IMG/VR virus record: IMGVR_UViG_3300032315_001309
Coordinates: 12,305-76,304 of that record
Reading direction: 5' to 3' (one strand)
Length of the DNA stretch: 64,000 nucleotides
Source of the DNA: a virus
Lineage: Duplodnaviria; Heunggongvirae; Uroviricota; Caudoviricetes
Shown: positions 29,294 through 40,600 of the stretch, in pieces
How the letters are laid out: each line of letters starts with the position of its first letter
How positions within the stretch are numbered: the first letter of the stretch is position 1
Notes under the pieces: generated by a model
The model's database searches: none
Told to the model about the DNA's origin: nothing
What the model saw: only the letters and a program-made list of their open reading frames with translations
Program-made: the position numbers and the translations under genes

Positions 29294-31594
29294 ATGAGTG
29301 ATTTATTTAATTCAGAAAAGGGGGGAATTGAAAATCTCTATGGTTGGATGGGACAAGTTGTTGATGAATCTTGTTGGGTATATAACCATTCAAATTCTGA
29401 TTTTAAACATAAATTACATAGCTCAAAAGATATTGCTGGTTATGGATACCGCTATAAGGTAAGAATTTTCGGTAGAGATGTATCAACAAAAGATATACCA
29501 GATGATCAACTAGAAATGGCGGAAGTTCTTCTTCCTGTTACTTCTGGTTCTGGTCATGGTGGATCAGTACAGACACCGAACATACGACAGGGAATGTATG
29601 TTTGGGGGTTTTATAAAGATGGTATGGATGCAACCGAACCCATTATTGTGGGGGTGCTTCCAAATAATTCACAAACTACTCTTTTTGGTGGAGACCCAGA
29701 TCAAAATTTTATACCTAGATCAGGGTATATTGGACTAGAAAGAACATTACCAGTATCCACTAAGAATATAAAATTAGAGGGACCTTCATCACTCTCCACA
29801 AATGAAGGTATAAATGCAACAGTTACGACTGTTGCGCATGAGGATCAAAAGTTAGACGGTAAAAGAAGATTCTATGTCCCCAAAACCATTAATTGTGATG
29901 GTTCAGATGGTGAAATAAAAGGATTACAGAAAATAATTAAACAATTATTAAAAGATATTCAGAGAATAAAAAGATTCTCTCAGAGTTTTTCGGGGGCAGT
30001 TTCTGATCTGGCGTCAAATATCACTAGTTTAATTAATGATGTTACGGTAATTGCGGCCTCTATTGTCAAGTCATTAATGATGAGAGTTAGGGGCTATGTA
30101 GTGAATTCACTAAACAAAAAAATATCTCAGATAATTGAAAAACTTCCACCGAATCGAAGGCCGAATTTAGTTGAAAGCGTAAGAAAGTCTACTGATACTA
30201 TACAATGCACTTTTAATAAAATAGTATCAAGATTATCTGGATTGGTGGAAGGTTTATTAAATGATATAGTAGAAAAATACGTTAACGCACCTTTATGTGC
30301 AGCCGAAGCATTTGTGGGGAATTTTATTTCTAGTATTTTAGGTGACTTAACTTCTGGAATCACAAGCGCATTGAGTTTTATATCTGAAGTGACCTCAGGT
30401 GTTACAGATTCAATTTTTTCTGGTCTTGATGTTTTAACCGGTGTTCTCAAATTCCTTTCGTGTGAAGAGGAATTGAATTGTCAAATTTTAGATGAATGGT
30501 CGTTTTGGGATGGATCCCAATTGACTGTTGATAATATTTTAGGTGAAAAAGTAAGTGAAAAAATAAGAGGAGTTGTAAATCAAACAGCCCCAGGATGCAG
30601 TTATTCCCAGTTACCTTGTGGGCCACCAAAGTTACAGTTATATGGTAATGGTAGTGGCGTATCTGGAAATGTTGTCGTAAGCCCATCTGGATATATTATG
30701 GGTATTGATATATTATCCGGTGGACAGTATATTTCTGAACCGATTGTTAAAATTGTAGACGATTGTGGAAGTGGAAATGATGCTGTGGTTGTTCCAATAT
30801 TAGCAACAATACCAAGTTTCGAGTTGGATGATGTCCCACAATTTACTATAGATAATTTTATAGTTATTGATCCTGGGTTTGGTTATTTGAATTATCCTGA
30901 CGGGTCAACCGGTGGGGGTGGTGGTAAATTTTCCGGTCCATGTGATACAATAGTAGGAGTAAGCGTCTATACACCTGGTCAAAATGTTGTAGTCAAAGCT
31001 GGTGATATTGTTTATCTTCCATACAAAACCACTATTGATATTTTTGATTCACAAAACGAAATAGTTCAAATCATAAATGGTCTAGGTCAATTAACTCCAC
31101 TTATAGTTGAATTCAATGGGACGTTTGTTACTCCCGAATGCGCTTCCGATAGCTTAATCGGCGTTGGGGGATCTAGTGGTAACATTGAGACTGTAACAGG
31201 CCCTACAGGGGCAGCAACAGCCCCCTCTGGTGGTTCTCCGGTTTCAATAGGTAGTAGCTCAACATACCCAGTTGTTGTCTCTATTTGTGATTTGGCCGTT
31301 TTGAATGGGGGAATTAATTATTCACCATCCGACACAATACAAGTGATTCCAAATAATGGAATCAACGTTAAACCCATATTTGATTCTTTTGGTAAATTAT
31401 TAGATGTGGAAGTTTCTTCGTGTGGAGTCGGTTATGAGGATATACCCGAGATACGAGTTATCTCAGAAACTGGATATAATGCCGTTTTGGTTCCGGTCTT
31501 TAAATTTGACAGAATCAAGAATCAGGAAGACCTTCTAAATATTACACCTGGAGTTCCTTTAATAAACGTAGTGGATTGTGTTGGTAAATTATGA
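29294..31594 (+). CDS. 5: baseplate central spike gp5-like (OB-fold N-terminus, no lysozyme domain)
   Basis: The N-terminal GWMGQVVDES...YRYKVRIFGRD...LLPVTSGSG...GMYVWGFYKDGMDATEPIIVGVLPN matches the gp5/VgrG OB-fold pattern. The C-terminal half is Gly/Ser/Val-rich and beta-helix-like. Confidence 0.55.
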   Translation: MSDLFNSEKGGIENLYGWMGQVVDESCWVYNHSNSDFKHKLHSSKDIAGYGYRYKVRIFGRDVSTKDIPDDQLEMAEVLLPVTSGSGHGGSVQTPNIRQGMYVWGFYKDGMDATEPIIVGVLPNNSQTTLFGGDPDQNFIPRSGYIGLERTLPVSTKNIKLEGPSSLSTNEGINATVTTVAHEDQKLDGKRRFYVPKTINCDGSDGEIKGLQKIIKQLLKDIQRIKRFSQSFSGAVSDLASNITSLINDVTVIAASIVKSLMMRVRGYVVNSLNKKISQIIEKLPPNRRPNLVESVRKSTDTIQCTFNKIVSRLSGLVEGLLNDIVEKYVNAPLCAAEAFVGNFISSILGDLTSGITSALSFISEVTSGVTDSIFSGLDVLTGVLKFLSCEEELNCQILDEWSFWDGSQLTVDNILGEKVSEKIRGVVNQTAPGCSYSQLPCGPPKLQLYGNGSGVSGNVVVSPSGYIMGIDILSGGQYISEPIVKIVDDCGSGNDAVVVPILATIPSFELDDVPQFTIDNFIVIDPGFGYLNYPDGSTGGGGGKFSGPCDTIVGVSVYTPGQNVVVKAGDIVYLPYKTTIDIFDSQNEIVQIINGLGQLTPLIVEFNGTFVTPECASDSLIGVGGSSGNIETVTGPTGAATAPSGGSPVSIGSSSTYPVVVSICDLAVLNGGINYSPSDTIQVIPNNGINVKPIFDSFGKLLDVEVSSCGVGYEDIPEIRVISETGYNAVLVPVFKFDRIKNQEDLLNITPGVPLINVVDCVGKL

Positions 31595-32229
31595 ATTTAA
31601 CGCATTTAAATGCCAGAGATGAAGGTAAAGAAAAAACAAATTCGGAATGGGTCAAATATGGAACCAAGGACGGGCAAATAGAATTTGGTCATCTACATTT
31701 ATCCAACGATGATCAAGGTTCAGGTGTAACATCTGGAGTTTATCTACAAGCATATGACTCTAGACACTATATGACAATGGATATTGATGGAAAACGAAAG
31801 GGTTGGACCTTGAATCGCTGTCCTGGGAGTTATGAAATTTTATGTGGAACTGAGACAAAGGAAAGTGACGCTGGATTTTTTCTTCTCACTGAAAATGGAG
31901 ACATTATAATTCGGGCACCAAAAGGAAGAATTCGACTTTCCGCACTTGACATAGATATAAGAGCGACCGGAAAAGATAACACCAGGGGCTCTATAAACAT
32001 TGATTCAAACCAAAGCGTTAATATAAAAACAGGAACTTTTGATGTCAATGCAAATGTTGGAATTAAATTATTTACCGCATCAACTTTAGATTTGATTGCG
32101 AATACTTCAATGACAATAACAAGTAATTTTATAAATGGATTAACTGCTGCGTCTAAAGCATATCCGAACAAGAGTGCAACTACGCAACAATCAACTGGTA
32201 AATTTAACACTAATTCAAGTTATAATTAA
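31591..32229 (+). CDS. hypothetical baseplate/spike-associated protein (beta-helix-like repeats)
   Basis: 212 aa with repetitive N/T/I-rich strands. Overlaps the gp5-like stop. Confidence 0.35.
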   Translation: MNLTHLNARDEGKEKTNSEWVKYGTKDGQIEFGHLHLSNDDQGSGVTSGVYLQAYDSRHYMTMDIDGKRKGWTLNRCPGSYEILCGTETKESDAGFFLLTENGDIIIRAPKGRIRLSALDIDIRATGKDNTRGSINIDSNQSVNIKTGTFDVNANVGIKLFTASTLDLIANTSMTITSNFINGLTAASKAYPNKSATTQQSTGKFNTNSSYN

Positions 32230-32230
32230 A

Positions 32231-33016
32231 ATGGCATTTCAGGCAGATGATATATCAGTATCTCACCAATTAGTTGTTGGTGATGGATTTCCAATACAGG
32301 TACTGGGAGTTGGGTTAGGTAAAATTAGAGGATCGTCCTATATAGAAGGCCCCGCAATATTCGGCAGAGCCACGTCTTTCCCGAATGTCTGGGCCACAGT
32401 AATGATTGGTCCAAACTCTAATGTGGATTCGAAACCACCAATCATACCGGGAGCGTTATGTACTGGAGTCAATAATCCGTATTCTTTGGGTGTTCGCGGA
32501 CCTTCGGCTTTTATGGATGTAATTGATGCTGCTGAAAATATTAATGTGGGTGGTAACTTAATAGCTCAAGGCGAGGTAATATCTAGATGCGGAAAACATA
32601 TTCTATCTGCGAAAAAGAATTTCGATATCCCACACCCAACAAAAGAGAATTGGAGACTGAGGCATACTTGCCCCGAAGGCCCAACAAATGATGTCTATGT
32701 TCGGGGAAAATTAAAGAATAGTAATGTGATCAAACTACCCGAATATTGGAAAAAATTAATAGACCCCACCACAATTACAGTAAGTTTGACACCAATAGGA
32801 TACCACCAAAATATAATAGTAAAAACAATTACCATAGAAAAAATTGATATTCAATCAAATAGTCCGGTACCTATTCATTGTTTTTATCATATTTTTGCCG
32901 AAAGAGCCGATGGTGAAAAATTAATAGCAGAATATCCAGGCAATAGTCCAATTGATTATCCTGGGAACAATGATGAATACTCTATTTGCGGTTACCATTA
33001 TGATATTAAGGAGTGA
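32231..33016 (+). CDS. structural protein, paralog A of a tandem pair
   Basis: HPTKENWRLRHTCPEGPTNDVYVRGKLKNSNVIKLPEYWKKLIDPTTITVSLTPIGY is about 60% identical to the next ORF. The first ATG after the previous stop is at 32231; the track ORF starts earlier with an overlap. Confidence 0.4.
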   Translation: MAFQADDISVSHQLVVGDGFPIQVLGVGLGKIRGSSYIEGPAIFGRATSFPNVWATVMIGPNSNVDSKPPIIPGALCTGVNNPYSLGVRGPSAFMDVIDAAENINVGGNLIAQGEVISRCGKHILSAKKNFDIPHPTKENWRLRHTCPEGPTNDVYVRGKLKNSNVIKLPEYWKKLIDPTTITVSLTPIGYHQNIIVKTITIEKIDIQSNSPVPIHCFYHIFAERADGEKLIAEYPGNSPIDYPGNNDEYSICGYHYDIKE

Positions 33017-33021
33017 TTTAA

Positions 33022-33678
33022 ATGGCTGAAAAGTTTATACCAAGAAATAATGGAATAAGAGATTGTTCTGATCAACAAACATGGGGACAAAAATCTTTTA
33101 GATATGATTATATTGTAAAATCGACATCGGGCGATGAGGAATATCCAATCGACGCATGTAGGCCCTGGGTTCATGCGAATTTTCAGGTCGATAATATTCA
33201 GATAAATGGAACAGCTACTGGTGATTTTGAAGGAACTTTTAATGGAATAATTAACGTCCAATCCTGGAAAGGATTTGATATTAAACACCCCACTAAAAAG
33301 AATCATAGATTGAGGCACATTTGTTTAGAAGGCCCTGAAGGTGGTATTTATTTTCGTGGCCGATTGACTAATTCCAATATAATTGAAATACCCGAATATT
33401 GGAATAATTTGGTTGATCCTGAGAGTATTACTGTGAGCCTCACACAAATAGGATATTCGCAAGACTTAATTATAGAAAAAATTGAATGGGGTAGGCGGGT
33501 GATTATAAAATCTGGAACAGGGTCCAATATTGATTGTTACTATCTAATACATGGATCCCGTATAGATGGAGAGCCTTTAATTGTCGAATATGCGGGAGAC
33601 ACCCCAACCGATTACCCAGGTAATGACACTCAATATTCGATTTCTGGTTACAATTATGATAATAGGAGCAATTCATGA
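33022..33678 (+). CDS. structural protein, paralog B of a tandem pair
   Basis: HPTKKNHRLRHICLEGPEGGIYFRGRLTNSNIIEIPEYWNNLVDPESITVSLTQIGY is clearly homologous to the previous ORF. Confidence 0.4.
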   Translation: MAEKFIPRNNGIRDCSDQQTWGQKSFRYDYIVKSTSGDEEYPIDACRPWVHANFQVDNIQINGTATGDFEGTFNGIINVQSWKGFDIKHPTKKNHRLRHICLEGPEGGIYFRGRLTNSNIIEIPEYWNNLVDPESITVSLTQIGYSQDLIIEKIEWGRRVIIKSGTGSNIDCYYLIHGSRIDGEPLIVEYAGDTPTDYPGNDTQYSISGYNYDNRSNS

Positions 33679-34280
33679 AAATTACAACTGAGACACATCA
33701 AGAGCTATTTGAATTACAAGAGGACATGGCAAGTCATTTTACAACCGAACATTTTCCCATAAGCGGTGAAGCCTATTGGGCGGTGGTCGAATGTATTGCC
33801 ATTGCGAAATTAGCCGAGCTTCGAGGGCAGTTGGACAGTTCACATACTGTCCATTGATCTGGTTTCCTGATCTGTTTTGGATGTATTATTAACAAGTCCA
33901 ACACAATTCAAAACTATGCAAGGATATATTAACAAAGAAGACATTCTTCAATCATATCGGAATAAATCGGATCTCGATAAATTTGAGGCAATCACCGCAG
34001 TGATTAATGAAGTTTTACCGGAATATCATTTAGATGTGATGGCCCTTGAAGATTATTATCATACAATCTTTACTGTATGGAATATCATTGAGAGTAATGA
34101 GACCCGAAACTAAAGAGGCTTTGTGGGATGTATATTATAGTAGAAAAAATATACCCAATGCGGCCCAATCTTGTGGGCTGACAAACAAAGAAATGAAGAT
34201 CATTTTTAGTGAATTTTGTAGATTACATGAACCAGATTATAATCATGAAATAAATACAAAAGATTGACTGAAGGTGACTA

Positions 34281-34577
34281 ATGGGATTCAAAATCACAAG
34301 TTCCTACCATTGGTATTTGATTCCAAAAGAGCCACCTGCTCTTATAAAGGCATACTTCATCGAAGGAATTCCCTTTGATTTTGATTACTTGGAGAATATA
34401 GAAACTGTACAAAAAACTAGTCCAGAAGTATTGTCCGAGGCTGAGAGAAATAAGGGAATTCATGCTGATGATATGTTTAGAAAATCAGATTATCTTATTG
34501 CGGAAATGATGCACCCGCTTCTTTTTGATTTGGAAATAGATAATCCAGAAGAATTACCACAGGAAAATATCAACTAA
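34281..34577 (+). CDS. hypothetical protein
   Basis: 98-aa ORF upstream of the giant fibre gene. Several small ORFs (33675-34267) precede it. Confidence 0.3.
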   Translation: MGFKITSSYHWYLIPKEPPALIKAYFIEGIPFDFDYLENIETVQKTSPEVLSEAERNKGIHADDMFRKSDYLIAEMMHPLLFDLEIDNPEELPQENIN

Positions 34578-34607
34578 ATAAACATAAGGAATTATGTAAC
34601 AATAATA

Positions 34608-37600
34608 ATGGCGTTAAACCGTTTAGAGAATTTTCTGAAGTCTTCTAGAGGAAAAGTTCTTCATGTAAATCCAGAAAATCTGGATTCAACTGATGCAATT
34701 TCAAATGATGGTTCCTCACCATTTACTCCGTTTAAGACCATCAACAGAGCCCTCATGGAGGCTTCAAGATATTCTTATCAAATTGGTTTGGGTAATGATA
34801 GATTCAATTTCTGCACCATTCTATTATACTCAGGTGAACATCTTGTAGATAATAGACCAGGTGCAGTAATAAGTGATGATGGAATAGTAAGAGTAAGAAG
34901 CGGTTCTACTACAACAATCAACCAGTTTGATATAAACACTATTCTTGATATCACAAATTCCAATAATAAATTATACCTCTTAAACTCTGTTCATGGTGGA
35001 GTGATAGTTCCAAGAGGAACATCTATTATTGCACAAGATTTAAGGAAAACAGTAGTTAGACCATTATATGTTCCAGATCCTATAAGTAGCGATACTATCG
35101 ATGAAAACATAGAAAGATCCGCCATTTTTAGAATTACTGGGGCTTCTTTTTTCTTTGGTTTTAGTATTTTAGATGCAAGTCCAAATGGATTCTGTTATAA
35201 AAATTATAATACTTCTAAATTTACTCCAAATTATTCACACCACAAATTAACCGCATTTGAATATGCTGATGGGGTGAATCCAGTAAAAATAAGAGATGCT
35301 TTTATTAATCTAGATACTACTAGAACTGACCTAGATCAATATTACGAAAAGATTTCTCTGGTTTATGGTGTTAGTTCCGGTAGAACTATAACTGATGTAA
35401 ATTATGTTGGTGGAGTATCCGTTGATATTCAACCAATTATTGATGAATATCGAATTGTTGGACCTAGAGGAGAAGTTGTAGGTATTTCAAGTATTATTTC
35501 GGGTGATGGTGTAACGCCATCAAAAGTAATCACCGTAACTCTAGATGGACCAGCAACTGGTATTTCAGTAGACACTTCTATTCAAGTTTCTGACGTTAAT
35601 GAAATAGGATATGATGGACAATATGTTGTTGCCTCTATTCCAACAACTAATCAGGTTCAGTACATAACACCGAATATTCCAACTGATCCAAATCCACCAT
35701 TATTTGGTGCTACGTTAAACATCATATCTGATACTATATCATCAGCGTCACCATATGTTTTTAACGTATCATTAAGATCCGTTTATGGCATGTGTGGCCT
35801 ACATGCAGACGGTAGTAAAGTTACTGGATTTAAGAGTGTAGTTGTTGCACAATTTACTGCTGTTTGTTTACAGAAAGACGATAATGCATTTGTAATTTAT
35901 GATGAAGATAGCGGTAATTATGTTGATTCATCAGTAATACCAGATCTCTATAAAAATACCAGATCAAGATATAAGCCAGAGTTCGAAAACTACCACATTA
36001 AGGTATCTAATGACTCTTTTGCACAGCTAGTTTCTGTTTTCTCTATTGGATATGCTACTCAAATTGTTGCGGAAAGCGGTGGTGATTATTCAATCACTAA
36101 CTCAAACTCCAACTTTGGTGCAAAGACCTTCATTTCTTCTGGTTATAAAAAGGACTCATTTGATCAAGATGATCACGGATACATTATAGGTGTAATTCCA
36201 CCCGAAGAAGTAAATGTAGATCCAGTTACAGTTGAATTCGCTCAGATTGATATTGGTCTGACTAAATCTGTTTCTGCGGGAATCGGCACCACAAATAGAT
36301 TGTATTTGTATAATAAAACTGATATAAATTCTCCACCTAATGTAATTATGGATGGATTTACTGTTGGTGCTAAAATAAATGATACGATAAACATTGAACT
36401 ACCAACAAGAGCATCATCTAAAATTGTTATACCGAATACTGAAAGTTCATATGCAAAATCTTTTAATGTTCAAAGACAAAATAATGATTTTGAAAATGCC
36501 ATTACCGGTGGAGTTTTAACTCTAACACAATCACACACATTTGAGTCTGGTGAAAAAGTAAGGGTATTGTCTGAAAATGGACATCTACCAGACGGTCTTG
36601 ATGATAGAGTTTATTATATTATAGAATCGAGTATCGATAATACTCTTTTAAATACTCAAGTAAAACTAGCCACCACATTTAATAACTCTATCAACAATAT
36701 ATCCATACTACCAAATAGGAAGGGTGGAGTTCTTTCAATTGTAAGTAGAGTACACGACAAGATAGCGAATGATCCAGGACACCCTATTCAGTGGGATTCG
36801 GTTAATAATAATTGGTATATTACTGTAAGTGAAACAGACAATGGAATATATTCTGTTATTAGTCCTCTTAGTATTGATAGCACTGGAAGAACTTTCGTCA
36901 TCAGGACCCCCGATAGAAGAACAGAGCAGAATAAATTATATAAATTAATTTATAGTATTCCAAAGAATACAGCAACCGCTGCAAGGCCGCCAATTAACGG
37001 ATATATCATACAGGAAAGTAATAATAGTTCTCTTACTAATGAAGAACTTTCAAGATATTTTGGAAGCAGTAGCTTAACTGTAGACAATGAAATTAGAAAT
37101 CCTAGATTTATTTCTGATATACGGTGGGTCAGTGGTGAGATTATAGTAACTACAGAATTGCCCCATAAGTTAAACGTAGGGGACTTTACTGAAATTGTAA
37201 ATGTTCTCCCTGTTGGATATAATGGAACATATCAAGTATTAAGAACACCTAGTTCTAGAAGTTTCGTTTATACTTCAACAAATAATCCTGGTATCTTCTC
37301 AAACGATACCAGAAATAGAAATATTGATCTCCCATATATTAAAAGAAAAGAAATCCGGGATGTTTTTCAAATCTATAAATCTGAAGAAGTTCAGAAATTT
37401 ATTAGAGATAAACAAGATGGTATATATGAATTAACAGTTATTCATAATTCTGTAGCGCCAACAGTAGCGCCGTTTACTGAATTTAAGTTTTCCCAACCAT
37501 TAACAAATCTCTATCCAAGATTGGATAGAGATAATTTGAATATAGATCCAAATCCAACAGTTTGTTTTGCTCATTCTAATCTAATTGGTAGTGTATTAGT

Positions 37601-40600
37601 TAATAATCCAGAAAACTCAGTCACGAAAGAATCTTTTAACAAATTTAATTCTGATTTAGTAGTCGGTTTTGGTGTCACTGGTATAGTATCCAACCAAACT
37701 GGTACTTCACATACGATTTATACTAGTGTTGATCATGGATTGGCTGGTATTACTAGTGTTTCTATCGTTAGTACTGGAGCATCTTATATAAGTGGAACTT
37801 ACTATGGTGTGGGTGTAGGTACTACTTCTGGTGGGGCATCAGCGTCCTTTAAAGTTGTTGTTGACGGCACCCAAAGAGTTTCATCTGTCAGCCTCATGAA
37901 TGGAGGTAGCAATTATTCAGTCGGAAACCGAATTTCTATTATATCAGGAATCGGAACTACTACTGGATTTATTCCTGCTGTTTTAAATGTAACTTCAATT
38001 GCTGATAGTATTGATAACTCAGTTTCCGTTTCTGGTTTCGGTGAGAAATATTTAAATTATAATGACGCATATAGAATAACCGAGATTAAAAATTCAAATC
38101 AAGTAATAGTTTCTTCAGCATCTACAATAATTGGCTTTTCGACTTCAATAGTTCCTATTATCGGTGCAGGTATAATTAATGGTAAAATTATACCAATATT
38201 ATCGTTAACATATAATAATATCACGGGTATTTCAACTGTTACTTTAGGTCGATCATCTGGTATAAAATTAAATTCTAAAATTAGAATTACTGGATTTAAT
38301 TCTAACTTATATAATCAAGACGTTGTAGTAACTAAAGTAAACTCTCTGACACAAGTTGAAGTCAAAACTGGTATTTCTACTACAACACCACCAACTAGTG
38401 GTTCTGGTATTGTAATTCCATTGGGTATTTCGCCTATTGTTGGAAAAAATAGAAATAGTTATTACTACTCTGGAATTTCAACAACCACTGGAGCCGCACT
38501 TAACTCTAATGCTTCTGATAGCACACCACTTAACATAAGAAATGCCACTGTAACTGGGTTAAAGCAGGGTGATTTTATTGAAGTGAATAGTGAAATCATG
38601 AGAATTAAATCACCTATAACTTCAAATTTAGTTCCGGTTTATCGTGGAGTTTTTGGTACTGAAAGAACGACACACCCAATCAATTCTTTAGTTAAAAAAG
38701 TACAGATCATTCCAGTTGAATTAAGAAGAAATTCCATCATTAGAGCGTCTGGTCATACATTTGAATACGTTGGTTATGGTCCAGGTAATTATTCAACTGC
38801 GTTACCTGAAAATCAAGACCGAGAGATTTCAACCAAGGAAAGATTACTATCGCAGGCTACTAAAATAGGTGGTGGAACAATCTATTATAGTGGAATGGAT
38901 GAAAATGGTGACTTCTATTCTGGAAATAGGAAGTTGTCATCTTCCACTGGACAAGAGGAAGTTTATGATCTTCCAATCCCAACAGTTGTAGGCGAATATT
39001 CTACCCCGAATATTGCGGAATCTGATAAATTAATTGTTTCGAGTTCCATTACGGTTAATGGTGGTGAGAATAATAATGCGGTATCTGAATTCAATGGACC
39101 CATTATTTTAAATAAAAAATTAACATCATATTCACCTGACGGAATAGAAACCACCTCGTTATTTTTACAAGGTGATCAAGAAATTTCAAGAAGACATTCT
39201 ATTTCTGAAGATACTCCAATTATTGTAGGTAATTATGGTGATATTCTTTACCGTGCTACTCCAAATGAGGGTGAAAATATTGGATGGGTTTATACCACAA
39301 ACGATAGATGGAAAACCTGGGGATACGTTGGCGATCTAGGAACATTAGTTTACTTATATTCTGGAACAGAATCGACATCCACTTTAGAAGGTATCGTTGA
39401 TTCACTTAAAATTGTTGGTGATCCTAATGGATTTGGTATAGATGTTGATATACAAATAGATCCAGTGGTTGGATTTGGTACAATTGTATTACGAAATCCA
39501 ATTAGTATTATAAATTTTGGAACAGAGTTAAGTAGAAATAATCCGACTTTTACAAATAGAAGTGGCGGATCTCGATTAGTTTATTATAATAATTTAAATA
39601 CAACTAATGTAGATTATGCAACTGGTGTAAGCGCCAACTCTCTATGGAATTCAATTCCAATTAATGATCCCTCAGTTAACTTTAAGTGGTTTGCTGGTGA
39701 AACTGAAATTGCATCTTTAAATGGTGTTGGTAATCTTACCATAGCTGGAACACTTAACGTAAGTGGTGGAATTACTGGTACCATAACCGGTAATGTGACT
39801 GGTAATTTGACTGGCACTGCGACAAGTTCAATAACATCTGCAAACTTAACTCGATCAGTCGTTGCTGGTGATGGATTAGCTGGTGGCGGATCTTTAAATG
39901 GCCAGAATGTAACTTTAAATATAGGTACTGTGGTAAATGGTGGTATTCAAGTTGATGGCGATAGCATTCAAGTCGATTCCACTGTAGTAAGAACTTCTGG
40001 AACTCAGAGTATTTCTGGTGCCAAGACTTTTAATGATGGTGTTTCTGTTACCGGAAATACTAGTTCAACTACATTTACTGGTAATGGTATTACCCCAATT
40101 GGTGGTATTATTATGTGGAATGGTACTTTTGCTGAAGCTGCCACATTACAGCCAGGTTGGGCAATATGTGATGGTAGGACAGTAAATGGGAGAACTACTC
40201 CAGACTTAAGAAATAGATTCATTGTTGGATCTGCCGGTGATTCCGGTGGAATATCTGTTGCCACAATAACCGGTGGAGTCACTAAAACTGGTGGTAATAA
40301 AGACTCAATTGTTGTTTCACACTCACATACAGGGTCTACTACTGGTGCTGGTGGTCACGGTCACAGTGTTTCAGATCCTGGCCACTCTCATGATGTGACT
40401 GCCGCAGTAACTGGTGTTGCGTTCCCATCACTTACTTCTACTGGTGGTTTTGGTCTTGTCGTGACCAATACAACAATTGGTACCACTGGTTCTGGAACTG
40501 GAATTAGTATCTCTGCTGTTGGTGATCACGCTCATGGATTATCGATTGATGCTACGGGCGGTTCAGGAACAGATGCTAATCTCCCACCATATTATGCACT

